The translations under genes were made by a program, and so were the position numbers. A DNA stretch of 64,000 nucleotides, taken from NCBI GenBank assembly GCA_963717145.1, contig OY970325.1, positions 5,248,001 to 5,312,000 on the forward strand, read 5' to 3'. A model generated the notes under the pieces. The model saw nothing but the letters and a program-made list of their open reading frames with translations, did not search any database and was not told the DNA's origin. Shown here piece by piece: positions 39,112 to 48,710 of the stretch; the stretch's first letter is position 1, and each line of letters begins with the position of its first letter. This DNA is from an uncultured Armatimonadetes bacterium (GTDB lineage Bacteria; Armatimonadota; UBA5829; DTJY01).

Positions 39112-39235
39112 GTGAAGGAGACGCGGGGGCGGTGGGTGAACTGTGACCGGAGTACTTGTGGAGAGGTCACAGCTTGAAGTATCTGTTCCCGGCTATCATC
39201 ATCTGTGCAATCCTTGCGTGCGCCGCGCGCGCCGA
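39112..39235 (+). repeat. Duplicated promoter/RBS/signal-peptide segment of the GH2 gene (other copy 39540..39663)
   Basis: Near-identical ~124-bp direct repeat 428 bp apart; this copy encodes only a 23-aa stub (39174..39245). Confidence 0.9.
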
Positions 39236-39299
39236 GTACGAGTAGGATTCTGCAGAGGAGAGAGCGGTGGGGCGCCTGCTGTCACCAGACGACCATACG

Positions 39300-39464
39300 C
39301 TACGCGGCCCTGCCCTTGCGTTTGGTGAGGCGGCCGTATTTCTCCCGCAGATAGCGTATCTCATCAGATGAGGACTTCTGCTCCCATTCCTTGGAGAGGC
39401 GCTCGCGGGCCTTGCGCATGTATGCCACCGAATCAAAGGTCTTCCCGTACCGTGGCTTCGTCAT
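39300..39464 (-). CDS. 54-aa small protein, probable orphan antitoxin-like (below ORF-track cutoff)
   Basis: MTKPRYGKTFDSVAYMRKARERLSKEWEQKSSSDEIRYLREKYGRLTKRKGRAA; extended -10 TGcTAGAAT ends 6 nt before the ATG (leaderless-type). Confidence 0.6.
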   Translation of the reverse strand: MTKPRYGKTFDSVAYMRKARERLSKEWEQKSSSDEIRYLREKYGRLTKRKGRAA

Positions 39465-39601
39465 GGCCGTATTCTAGCACATTCCGACACTTTGGTCATC
39501 AGACGATCTGGCTGTTGTATTGCTCAAGGTCACCTGCCTGTGAAGGAGACGCGGGGGCGGTGGGTGAACTGTGACCCGAGTACTTGTGGAGAGGTCACAG
39601 C

Positions 39602-42056
39602 TTGAAGTATCTGTTCCCGGCTATCATCTTCTGCGCTATCCTTGCGAGCGCCGCGTGCGCCGATATCCCTCGCCCGGAGCATCCGAACCCGATGGCTGTG
39701 CGGGGCGAGTGGATGAACCTCAACGGCACGTGGGAGTTCGCCGAGAGCGACGGAAGACCCCTCCCCAGCCCTCCCCGCAGCGGAGAGGGAGTAGCCGGAA
39801 CAGACCTCACCCCCCAGCCCCCTCTTCCGCAACGGAGAGGGGGTGGCAGAACCCCTCCCCAACCCTCCCCGCAACGGAGAGGGAGTTTATCCCGACAAGA
39901 TCATCGTCCCGTTCTGCCGGGAGAGCAAGCTTTCGGGCCTCGGGCGCACGGGGTTCGTCAAGAACGTCTGGTACCGCCGGACCTTCGACCTGCCCTCGAC
40001 CTGGAAGTCGCCACGGACGCTCCTCCACATCGGCGCGTGCGACTATGAGACCACCGTCTGGCTGAACGGCAAGCTCCTCGGCATGCACCGGGGCGGAAGC
40101 TCGCCGATCACCTTCGAGATCACGAAGCAGCTCATCAAGGGGACGAACACCGTCATCGTCCATGCCTTCGACGACACGCGCTCGGGCCTCCAACCGACGG
40201 GCAAGCAGGCCCACTCCGAGCAGAGCGCGGGATGCGTCTACACGCGCACGACCGGCATCTGGCAGACGGTCTGGCTCGAGGGCGTCGGCTCGACGTACAT
40301 CAAGGACTTCAAGATCGAGACCGACCTCGATCGAGGCCGCGTCATCATCCAGCCCGAGATCGACGGCTGGTGGGCCGACATGGCGATCAAGGCGGTCGCA
40401 TCTATCGGAGGGAGGGTCGTCGGGGTCGGCGTGGTCACCGCCCGATGGCGCAGCGCCCGCCTCGTACTGAACCTCTACGAGAACCATCCCTGGTCGCCGG
40501 AGACGCCGTTCCTCTATGACCTGCGACTCGTCATCATCCATAAGGGGCGGATAGTGGATGAGGTGAAGTCGTACTTCGGGGTGCGGGAAGTCTCCATCCT
40601 GGGAACGATCATCAATATCAACGGCAAGCCGGTCTTCCAGCGACTGATCCTCGACCAGGGCTTCTACCCCGACGGCATCTGGACCGCCCCGACCGACGCG
40701 GCGCTCCGGCACGACATCGAGCTGTCGCAGGCGGTGGGGTTCAACGGCGCGCGCCTGCACCAGAAGGTCTTCGAGCCGCGATTCCTCTACTGGGCGGACA
40801 AGCTGGGCTACCTCGTCTGGGGCGAGTTCCCGAGCTGGGGCGTCGACTACGGGAATCCGCAGATCAACCTGCCGTTCATCGCCGAGTGGATGGAGATCGT
40901 GCGCCGCGACCGCAACCATCCCTCGATCGTCGGCTGGTGTCCGTTCAACGAGACGAACGGGGCGGCGGGCGACTTGCAGAACACGATCATCGCGGCCACC
41001 CGCGCGATCGACCCGTCGCGGCCGGTGATCGACACGAGCGGGTACGTCCACAGCCTGGCCGAGCCGGACGTCCTCGACACGCACGACTACGACCAGAACC
41101 CGGAGTCGTTCAAAGCGCGGTATGGGGAGGGCTTCGCGCTCAATGTGGTCCTCCCGGCGAGATACGGCGGACCGGAGAGCAGGGCGAAGGTCCCATTCAT
41201 GGTCAGCGAGTTCGGCGGGATCGGCTGGAGCGTGACCGGCGGATGGGGATATGGGGCAGCCCCCACGAACAAGGAGGAGTTCTACACGCGCTACAAGGGG
41301 CTCTGTGATGCGCTGCTCGACAGCCCGTCGCAGTTCGGATTCTGCTACACGCAGCTCACCGATGTCGAGCAGGAGCAGAACGGCCTCTATACATACGATC
41401 GGCAGCCGAAGTTTGATGTGAAGCGCATCCACGACATCACCGCGCGCCCGGCGTACATCGAGACGCACTCGCATTGGAAGACGGCGAAGATGGTGGACGT
41501 GCCGGCGTCGAACTGGCGGGTGATCATCGGGGCATCTCCCGATGGGGACCTGGCGCATGAGTGGCGGTACACGTTCGATGAGCCTGTAGGGGCGTGCCTT
41601 GTGCCGCCCGATACGTTGGCGCAGGCGGCACAAGGCACGCCCCTACAGGCTCGGACGGAGCTTCGCCCTCCCGGACGGTGGTACGAGGCCGGGTTCGACG
41701 ACTCCGCGTGGAGGTCGGGGCTCGGCGGATTCGGCTCGAAGGGCGGATGGGAGTGGGCGATCCGCACTCCATGGGCGACCCCCGACATCTGGCTGCGTCA
41801 GACCTTCGAGTACGACGGGAAGCCGTTCGACAGCGCGATGCTCGTCGCGCACTACGACAACAAGACCGAGGTCTACATCAACGGCAAGCGCGTCTGGCAC
41901 GGGACCGGATGGAACGACCGCTACTCGGGCTTCAACGTGATGAAGACGATCAAAGATGTGCTCAGGCCTGGGAAGAACACCATCGCGGTGCATACGCATC
42001 AGGATGGCGGCGGGCAGTTCATCGACCTGGCGCTGCTGGTGGGGAGTGGGAAGTAG
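39602..42056 (+). CDS. Secreted GH2 beta-galactosidase/glucuronidase-like hydrolase with REP-derived insertions; +1 indel near 39810
   Basis: TTG start, signal peptide, PRPEHP...NLNGTWEF, TGIWQTVWLE, RNHPSIVGWCPFNE, SEFGG; joins ORFs 39584..40048 and 39843..42056. Confidence 0.9.
39757..39886. repeat. Three tandem CCCTCCCC...GGAGAGGG REP units inside the GH2 gene
   Basis: Units encode PLPSPPRSGEGV, a middle degenerate copy and PLPNPPRNGEGV. Confidence 0.85.
41580..41672. repeat. In-frame GTAG-type REP (perfect 29-bp inverted repeat) plus a half-arm of a second family inside the GH2 gene
   Basis: Arms 41580-41608 and 41624-41652, running into ggctcggacggagcttcgccctccc (41648-41672). Confidence 0.9.
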
Positions 42057-42133
42057 GGAGTATGGGAGTATGGGGGTATGGGAGTGTGGGAGTCCGGAAC
42101 GCCCATACGCCCATACTCCCACACTCCCATACT
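42056..42133. repeat. GGGAGTAT/ATACTCCC octamer palindromic element
   Basis: Four to five octamers followed by their reverse complements; same family in frame at 62023. Confidence 0.85.
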
Positions 42134-42147
42134 AAGAGAGGGAGACC

Positions 42148-42837
42148 ATGAGATACGAGTTCACCAAACCGGAAGAATACCGCGCGATCAAGGCGACCGT
42201 CCCGATCGCTTACCTGCCCTGGGGCGCGCACGAGTGGCACGGGCTGCACAACCCGCTCGGCCTCGACACGCTGAAGGTCCACGGGATCTGCCAGGCACTC
42301 TGCGCCGCGACGGGCGGGATCGTCTTCCCGCAGATCTACTGCGGTCACCAGACGATGAAGCCCTACGCCGGGTTCGACGCGACCCTGGAGTTCAGCCCCG
42401 AGTGCGTGACGATGCTCGCCCGGGAGTACCTCAGTCAGCTCGCCGATGAGGGGTTCAAGGTCATCGTCATCATGATGGGGCACTACGGCGGCGAGCACCA
42501 GAAGCTGCTTATCGGAGCGGTCGAGGAGTTCAATGAGGGCCAGACCGACGTCGTCGCCTGGGCGTTTCCCGACTACGACCTGACCAAGCCGGACGGCATC
42601 GGCGGAGATCATGCCGGGCCGAACGAGACATCCTACATGATGCTCTTCCACCCCGAACTCGTCGATCTCAGCCGCCTGACGACCGAGGAGGAACTCGACA
42701 CGAAGGTCGACGGCATCATGGGCGGCGACCCGCGCATCGACGCGTCGTCCGCGCGGGGACTTCAGGCACTCCAGTTCGCCATCAAGGCCGGCGTCCCCCA
42801 GATACTCGAGCTGCTGCGTCAGGTGACGGATGAGTGA
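42148..42837 (+). CDS. Creatininase-family amidohydrolase
   Basis: PWGAHEWHG.HNPLGLD, GHYG, DHAG..ETS. Confidence 0.9.
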   Translation: MRYEFTKPEEYRAIKATVPIAYLPWGAHEWHGLHNPLGLDTLKVHGICQALCAATGGIVFPQIYCGHQTMKPYAGFDATLEFSPECVTMLAREYLSQLADEGFKVIVIMMGHYGGEHQKLLIGAVEEFNEGQTDVVAWAFPDYDLTKPDGIGGDHAGPNETSYMMLFHPELVDLSRLTTEEELDTKVDGIMGGDPRIDASSARGLQALQFAIKAGVPQILELLRQVTDE

Positions 42838-42841
42838 GGTC

Positions 42842-44896
42842 ATGCGCCTGATCGCCGTCATCGCGCTGTTGTCCGCTGTCCTCTGCCAAGCGGCCGAGGC
42901 TTCCGGGTTGCCCGCGATCCCCGAGTACGTGTTCGGCGTCAATCAGTACAGCGTGGGTCCACCGGAAGGACTGGCGAAGGGATGGCCGCTCACGGACGAT
43001 GACGCGGTCTACCTGAAGAGCATCGGATGCAACACGATCAAGTTCCCCCTGTATCCGAGCGAAGTCGGGATCGATGAGACGAAGCTCGTCGTATGGAACG
43101 CGGGCGACGAGTTCGACCCGAAAGCCTGGACCCCTGACTGGCGCAGTCTCGATGCACTGATGGACTGGATGGTCAAGCACCAGTTGACCCCGTTCGTGTG
43201 TCCTTCCATCGAAGTGAGAGGCGACTGGACCACGAAGACCTGGATGTCCTTGCATGTCCCCGAACAGGCGCAGAGATCGGTCTGGTTCACCGAAAGCATC
43301 GTGGACCACATCACGAAGAAGTACGGCGACAACGTCATCTACGGCTGGTATGAGAACTGGTTCTGGAACTCATACAAGCACGAGAAGAGTGCGGAGTTCC
43401 CGGCGGCCTTCCGCCGGATGCTCGGCAAGATGTACGGCGGCAAGATCGGCGACCTCAACAAGGCGTGGAAGTCGGACTACCGATCGTTCGACGGCGTTCC
43501 GGTGCCGGTGCTCTTCGTCAATGGCGAGATCGCCGAGGAGGCGGTTAACAACATCCGCAGCTACGATCTGCGCAGGGCGATGGACCTCATGCAGCGCGAG
43601 GTGCTGACGCAGATCAGGAACTATATCCACAAGACCGCCCCGAATGCCCGCTGGTTCGGCGGGTGTATGCTCAACGAACTCGGCGGGTTGAACGACATGA
43701 GGTCGGTGAGCGTCCCGAGGACCAACGCCACCATGCGGACCTGCGTGACGACCAGCGACGTGGCATCGGCCGATCTCTACGGTCCGAAGCATCTCTACTA
43801 TTCGTACTACCGAACGCTCGCGAAGATATGCGCCGTCGAGGGCAGGAGGTACTCGATCGTCGAGGCTGCGGCTTCCAAGCCGGAGACCTTCGCCTGGATT
43901 GCCAACCTCGGCGGGCCGACCGCCGGGACGCTCGCCTGGTGCGGCAAAGAGGACGCCTACGGGTTCATCAAATGGGATGGAACGAGGCGCGAGGAGAACG
44001 CCCGCAAGTTCAGGGAGCTGCGCGACAAGACGCTGGCCGCTCCGGGCCGCTATCAGAAATATTGTCCGGGACACATCAGGGTCTACTTCCCCGAGGAGAC
44101 ATACTACTACTCGATCACCGCGCGCAACCAGATGGACGCGTATCAGCATGTATGCGACAACATGCTCCCCGAGGAGTTGGAGCCCGTTCTGACCGACGAA
44201 CTCGGGAGCTTGCCGGCCGGAGCGGTGATCTACGTTCTGGAGAGGACGATCCCGCTCAAGGCCATCCGCCTGCTCGATGATTTGGGAACTCGGGTGATCT
44301 GTCCACACGAGTACTTCGTGGACGAGTATGGCGACCGGCACTACCGCAAGTCCACGGACAAGGACTTCTATGCCAGGCTGCTCTCTACCCCCAATGGCGG
44401 GAAACTGCTCGATGCGTTCCGGAGAGTCGAGGAGAAGGAGAACAACCTCGCGTGGAGGTTTCGCGGAACAACGATTTCCTCTCTATCGGAACTGGCGGAG
44501 AAGAATGTCGTTATCCCGGGCAGGGAGAATGACCTGAGCCAGCTCATCGACGGCAGCATCAACGAGGGCGTGACATTCGCGGACAAGCGCCAGCAGGAGA
44601 TCGTCACGCTCAAGCTCACTCAGTCCAAAGCGATCTACGGGGCGTTCGTGCAGTTCTACGAAGGCGACGGGCAGGACGTGCCGGCGTCTGCATTGCCCCG
44701 CGAGATCAAGATCACTGCCTCCATGGACGGCGCGAGCTTCACGGAGGTCGCGACTATCTCGGGCGACGAGATATCGCTGAGACCGCACATTCGTTTTGCG
44801 CCGGTTCGGGCCAGGTACATCACGTTCGACTTTGGGGAGAACGCCCGGACCAGCGGGCTCAAGATCGAGGAACTCGGCGTCATCGGGAAGAGGTGA
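42842..44896 (+). CDS. Secreted GH-A clan (GH42/GH5-like) hydrolase with C-terminal discoidin (F5/8 type C)-like domain
   Basis: Signal peptide; LNKAWKSDY.SF motif; LIDG...ASMDGASF...ARYI. Confidence 0.65.
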   Translation: MRLIAVIALLSAVLCQAAEASGLPAIPEYVFGVNQYSVGPPEGLAKGWPLTDDDAVYLKSIGCNTIKFPLYPSEVGIDETKLVVWNAGDEFDPKAWTPDWRSLDALMDWMVKHQLTPFVCPSIEVRGDWTTKTWMSLHVPEQAQRSVWFTESIVDHITKKYGDNVIYGWYENWFWNSYKHEKSAEFPAAFRRMLGKMYGGKIGDLNKAWKSDYRSFDGVPVPVLFVNGEIAEEAVNNIRSYDLRRAMDLMQREVLTQIRNYIHKTAPNARWFGGCMLNELGGLNDMRSVSVPRTNATMRTCVTTSDVASADLYGPKHLYYSYYRTLAKICAVEGRRYSIVEAAASKPETFAWIANLGGPTAGTLAWCGKEDAYGFIKWDGTRREENARKFRELRDKTLAAPGRYQKYCPGHIRVYFPEETYYYSITARNQMDAYQHVCDNMLPEELEPVLTDELGSLPAGAVIYVLERTIPLKAIRLLDDLGTRVICPHEYFVDEYGDRHYRKSTDKDFYARLLSTPNGGKLLDAFRRVEEKENNLAWRFRGTTISSLSELAEKNVVIPGRENDLSQLIDGSINEGVTFADKRQQEIVTLKLTQSKAIYGAFVQFYEGDGQDVPASALPREIKITASMDGASFTEVATISGDEISLRPHIRFAPVRARYITFDFGENARTSGLKIEELGVIGKR

Positions 44897-44903
44897 TGTG
44901 ACG

Positions 44904-45356
44904 ATGGAAAGCGATTGGCTGAAGAAGACCTCAGGCGAGGAGTGTCCACTGTGCGACGATCCGTCAAAGGGTATGACCATGGTCGCCGATGGGAGCATCA
45001 CTCGTGCCTACCTCCAGCCGAGCGCGAGCTTTCGGGGATACTGCATCCTCGTGCTCAAGAGGCATGCCGTCGAGCTTGACGACCTCAGCCCGGAGGAGCG
45101 GGCGGCGCTCATGGAGGACATCGCGAGGGTAGGGCACGCGATCCGGGCGGTCTGCAGTCCGACCAAGCTCAACTACGAGATCCTGGGCAACGTCGTCCCG
45201 CACATCCACGTCCACATAATCCCACGGTACACGACCGATCCCACCTGGGACCGCGCCGCTTGGTGCGCCCTCCCAGACGAGCAGTCGCTGGACCCGGATG
45301 AGTACTCCGCCCTCGCGTCCCGACTCCGCTCACTGCTTGCCGATCAGCCGCTTTAG
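44904..45356 (+). CDS. HIT-family protein
   Basis: CPLC and VPHIHVHIIPR histidine triad. Confidence 0.92.
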   Translation: MESDWLKKTSGEECPLCDDPSKGMTMVADGSITRAYLQPSASFRGYCILVLKRHAVELDDLSPEERAALMEDIARVGHAIRAVCSPTKLNYEILGNVVPHIHVHIIPRYTTDPTWDRAAWCALPDEQSLDPDEYSALASRLRSLLADQPL

Positions 45357-46430
45357 TTGCCGGCAGTAATGGCAGTAGTTATCCCACGAGACATCGTTGG
45401 GGATGAGATGATCGAGATCCGGGATGTAGCGGCCCGACTCGAGAGCCGGGCGGATGCGCTCCAACTCGCGATCAATTGCCTCATGGCCCAGGGCCAGGGC
45501 TCGCTTGTCGATCCCGCCCATGAGCGCCAGGTCCGGGTACTTCGCCCGCCAGACGTTCACATCGCATCCGGCGGCTACCTCCATCGGCCAGAGCAGGTTG
45601 ACGCCTGCATCGATCATCGGCTGAGCGATCAAGTCCGGATTGCCGTCCGTATCGACCGACAGGACCGGGATGCCGTGTCTGAGCGTGAAATCCTTGATGC
45701 GGCGATACTGCGGCCCCATGAACTCGGTCCAGTGCTTTGGCGATATCAGCGGTCCGTTTCGATAGCACATGTCCTCCCAGATGTGGACGACATCGATCTG
45801 GATGCCGTCGGCGGCAAGCTCGCGGGCAACCTTCTCGAACACGGTCAGGTACAGCGAGGTCATGTGCTCCATGATGTCCTTGACGAGGTCCGGCATGGTA
45901 TGGAATGCCATGAGTGACTCCTCGTCACCCAGCAGCCAGCGCACGGAGCCGAATACCCCGACGTCCGGGAAGTAGCCGAGCTGAATGGGAACGCCCTGCC
46001 GATGCCAATCCCGGCATGTTTCCTTCCAGTTGCCTGCGATGCGGGCCGGGTCATCCGGGTTCAGGCGCTCATCCCTGTAGCGTTCCCAGTCCGTCCGAGT
46101 CTTGACCGGGAACTCGAGGAACCCCGCCATCGACTCGCCGTGCTTGTAGTCCCTGCGGATGATGCCCCAGGAATCGGTATGGACGACATAGTTGGCGGTG
46201 TCCTCCAGGAGCTTGTACTCGAACTGAGGGCAAGGGCCGCAGTTCACGGGAACTGCCCTGGGCGCCTGATCGGGGTCGAAGATCGACCGGTGATCGGTCA
46301 CGTCCTCAGGCTTCCCTTCGGCCTGCCACCGCCGCCAGGTAGTTCCCCAAGGCCCCCAAAAAAGATAGAAGGGCGCTCGGTCCACCGGCTCGCCCGCCAT
46401 GCAGGCTACAAATCGCTCTCGGTCATTCAT
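45330..46430 (-). CDS. Uroporphyrinogen decarboxylase-family (MtaA/CmuA-like) protein
   Basis: MNDRERF, WEDMCY..GPLISP, DTDG, GGIDK, DHLIP. Confidence 0.85.
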   Translation of the reverse strand: MNDRERFVACMAGEPVDRAPFYLFWGPWGTTWRRWQAEGKPEDVTDHRSIFDPDQAPRAVPVNCGPCPQFEYKLLEDTANYVVHTDSWGIIRRDYKHGESMAGFLEFPVKTRTDWERYRDERLNPDDPARIAGNWKETCRDWHRQGVPIQLGYFPDVGVFGSVRWLLGDEESLMAFHTMPDLVKDIMEHMTSLYLTVFEKVARELAADGIQIDVVHIWEDMCYRNGPLISPKHWTEFMGPQYRRIKDFTLRHGIPVLSVDTDGNPDLIAQPMIDAGVNLLWPMEVAAGCDVNVWRAKYPDLALMGGIDKRALALGHEAIDRELERIRPALESGRYIPDLDHLIPNDVSWDNYCHYCRQLKRLIGKQ

Positions 46431-46471
46431 ATCAGTTCCTCCTCGCGCTACCATGCGGATCGACCGTCGCA

Positions 46472-46537
46472 AGTCTACGCCGTCTCGCCTCCAGTGTCAA
46501 CGCCATCATTGACCACCAACGCAAGCTATGCTAGACT
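46472..46537. promoter_or_regulatory. Back-to-back sigma70 promoters
   Basis: Minus strand TTGACA-N17-TAGACT (46500-46472); plus strand TTGACC-N17-TAGACT (46509-46537). Confidence 0.6.
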
Positions 46538-46567
46538 CCAGCCGTACAGAAGGACGGTGTGTCGCCA

Positions 46568-47026
46568 ATGACGAATGCTGCCAATCATGAGTTTGATCCA
46601 CAAGACCTGGCCCATTATCTCTTGGATACCTTTGAGAAGAGCCCGATGGAGCCTCTTCAGTTGAATGTTGCGCCTCCTGCAACGGGAGTCTATGGGCTGT
46701 ATCACCGTGGAGAGATCGTCTACATTGGGAAGGCGTTGGCGACTGGTGGTGGAGTGACGCTTGGCAGGCGGCTGAACGAGCACTTCCGGAAGATAACGAG
46801 GGAATCGGCCATCCCTATCGATGAAATGAGTTGCCGCTGGCTCGTGATCTGTCACGATTTCATGATCGATGCGTCAGAGAGTTTTCTGCGCAGGCACTAT
46901 CGACCGGCATGGGACAGGAGCGGGTTCGGCAGCCATGTGCCCGGTCGCGGAAGGCCCGGTCTTGTAGGGCCAAATCGTTGGGAGCGCGATTTTGGCGCTG
47001 CAGTTCAGGAGGATGCAGACGGCTAG
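46568..47026 (+). CDS. Eco29kI/Cfr42I-like GIY-YIG restriction endonuclease
   Basis: GVYGLY...VYIGKA, RLNEH, ES, and PAWD.SGFGSHVPGRGR family tail. Confidence 0.85.
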   Translation: MTNAANHEFDPQDLAHYLLDTFEKSPMEPLQLNVAPPATGVYGLYHRGEIVYIGKALATGGGVTLGRRLNEHFRKITRESAIPIDEMSCRWLVICHDFMIDASESFLRRHYRPAWDRSGFGSHVPGRGRPGLVGPNRWERDFGAAVQEDADG

Positions 47027-48618
47027 CCGGGCTTGGTGAGCACTACTGCCACCTCGTAGAGCCTTACGCCTGCCTTGCCCAGAGGTCCACTCCGGGCCTC
47101 CGAGCTGATGATGCTGTTGCCGACTCGCTTCTTCCGCAACTGGTGAATCGCCTCGCATTTCAGCCCGCACATTTCGCCTATTCGCCCGAGGAACTGGTCC
47201 GTCTTGATCTCGACACCCTGCAGGATGGAATTGCCTATTACAACGACCGCTCGCCCGTCAGGCTTCAGCAACTTGCGCAGCACCTTGCAGAAACGGAAGG
47301 TGTCATTGAAATAGGTCGCCGCGTAGTTCGCCCATCCGCCACCACCGTATGCTTTTCGATCGACGTTGATCGTCCGCAATTGCGCCAGTATCGCCTCGAG
47401 TTCCGCCATCTCGAAGACCAGGTCCATTGGCGGGGCATCGCGCACGGTCTGCCAGAACTTGCCGAAGCTCTCGATCTCTATCTGCTTCAGTTGGTTCGTT
47501 TCCTGAACGAGTTGCAGCCAGAAGAGATGCGGGCGTGTGTTGCGGATGTAGTGGTAGTTGTTCAGGTATGGGGGCGAAGTGACCACAAGGTCAACAGAAC
47601 TCTCCTCCATGTAGAGGTCCCATCTGAATATCGAGTCAGGGAACACTTTGGCTCGTGTGGCGGCTTCCCTCGTGTGGGGCTCGGCTTGAAGCGCGCGAAC
47701 GTTGGCGATCATATCCTTCAGTTTGGCAGCCATGATCGCTGAGACGTCCGCCTCCTCTACGAGTGGCTTGCCACTGCCCGGTCGAGACCCCAGGCTCGGC
47801 TCATAGGAGTAATTGGAGAAGCGGACCATCACGGCTCCGAAGGCCACAAGGAACAGGTCGCGGATCGCCTTGTTCTCGATTGCACGGATGAACGCGAGGG
47901 CATGAAGCACCTGCCGCTCTATCGATACGCTGTAGAACGGTATGCGAGAACGGAAATGAGGAGGTCGAATGTCGTCAGGTGGAGGCAAGCCATCTCTCAT
48001 CGCGCTTGCCATATACTGCATGAACGTTTCTCTGGAGCGCTGGAGATCGTCGGGTGAAGTCTCGCAGCATTCCAGTTTCGCACGGGTGACCAGCGCAGCA
48101 TAGGGGTTGATCTCGAAGCCATAGGTCGTATACCCGCGACGAACTGCCTCGACGAGGGTCGTCCCTACCCCGGCGAATGGGTCGAGGATGGAGATGGAGG
48201 CTGCATCAACGTCCGTCGGGCAATATTGATCGAAGCACCCGCGCACAAACTGTGAAGAGAATCCTGCGATCCACGGCACCCATCGATGCACGCCCTGGTT
48301 GCGGTTCTCCGTGAACGCAGGGTCTTTGAGGCCTGTGCCGTTCTCAGCGCCTTTGCCGTAAAGCTCCAGCACCTGCTGCTCGGCCACACGATCAGCGGCA
48401 ACCACCTCTGGAGTGCCATCCGGAACCTGCTGGCTCGTGGTCGGCCCCGATGAAAGCCATGCATCTATCTCCAGATTATCGTATCTCCACACACGTCCGA
48501 TCTTACGGCCCGGCAAGCGGCCTTCGCGGGACATCTGTCTCACTGTTTCCGGCTGCAGGCGGACGAGCGCTGCGACTTCTTCGACTGTCAGGAACCTGCG
48601 GGAGTTGGCATCAGTCAT
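47023..48618 (-). CDS. Amino (N4-C/N6-A) DNA methyltransferase with N-terminal excisionase-like HTH
   Basis: FLTVEEVAALV...GRLPGRKIGRVWRY; motif I DPFAGVGTT precedes motif IV TSPPY. Confidence 0.9.
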   Translation of the reverse strand: MTDANSRRFLTVEEVAALVRLQPETVRQMSREGRLPGRKIGRVWRYDNLEIDAWLSSGPTTSQQVPDGTPEVVAADRVAEQQVLELYGKGAENGTGLKDPAFTENRNQGVHRWVPWIAGFSSQFVRGCFDQYCPTDVDAASISILDPFAGVGTTLVEAVRRGYTTYGFEINPYAALVTRAKLECCETSPDDLQRSRETFMQYMASAMRDGLPPPDDIRPPHFRSRIPFYSVSIERQVLHALAFIRAIENKAIRDLFLVAFGAVMVRFSNYSYEPSLGSRPGSGKPLVEEADVSAIMAAKLKDMIANVRALQAEPHTREAATRAKVFPDSIFRWDLYMEESSVDLVVTSPPYLNNYHYIRNTRPHLFWLQLVQETNQLKQIEIESFGKFWQTVRDAPPMDLVFEMAELEAILAQLRTINVDRKAYGGGGWANYAATYFNDTFRFCKVLRKLLKPDGRAVVVIGNSILQGVEIKTDQFLGRIGEMCGLKCEAIHQLRKKRVGNSIISSEARSGPLGKAGVRLYEVAVVLTKPG

Positions 48619-48687
48619 CGGCGATCAACACCCCTCTATGCTGGTCAATACCTGTCAATGCTGTTCGCCACTCGTTCTGCATATCCT
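48611..48687 (-). promoter_or_regulatory. AGGA-N17-GAAC promoter followed by five 10-bp-phased imperfect direct repeats (candidate HTH operator)
   Basis: cattgacagg/tattgaccag/catagagggg/tgttgatcgc/cgatgactga, the last containing the ATG. Confidence 0.45.
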
Positions 48688-48710
48688 CCTTGCCGGCGAG
48701 AAGTCTTTAT

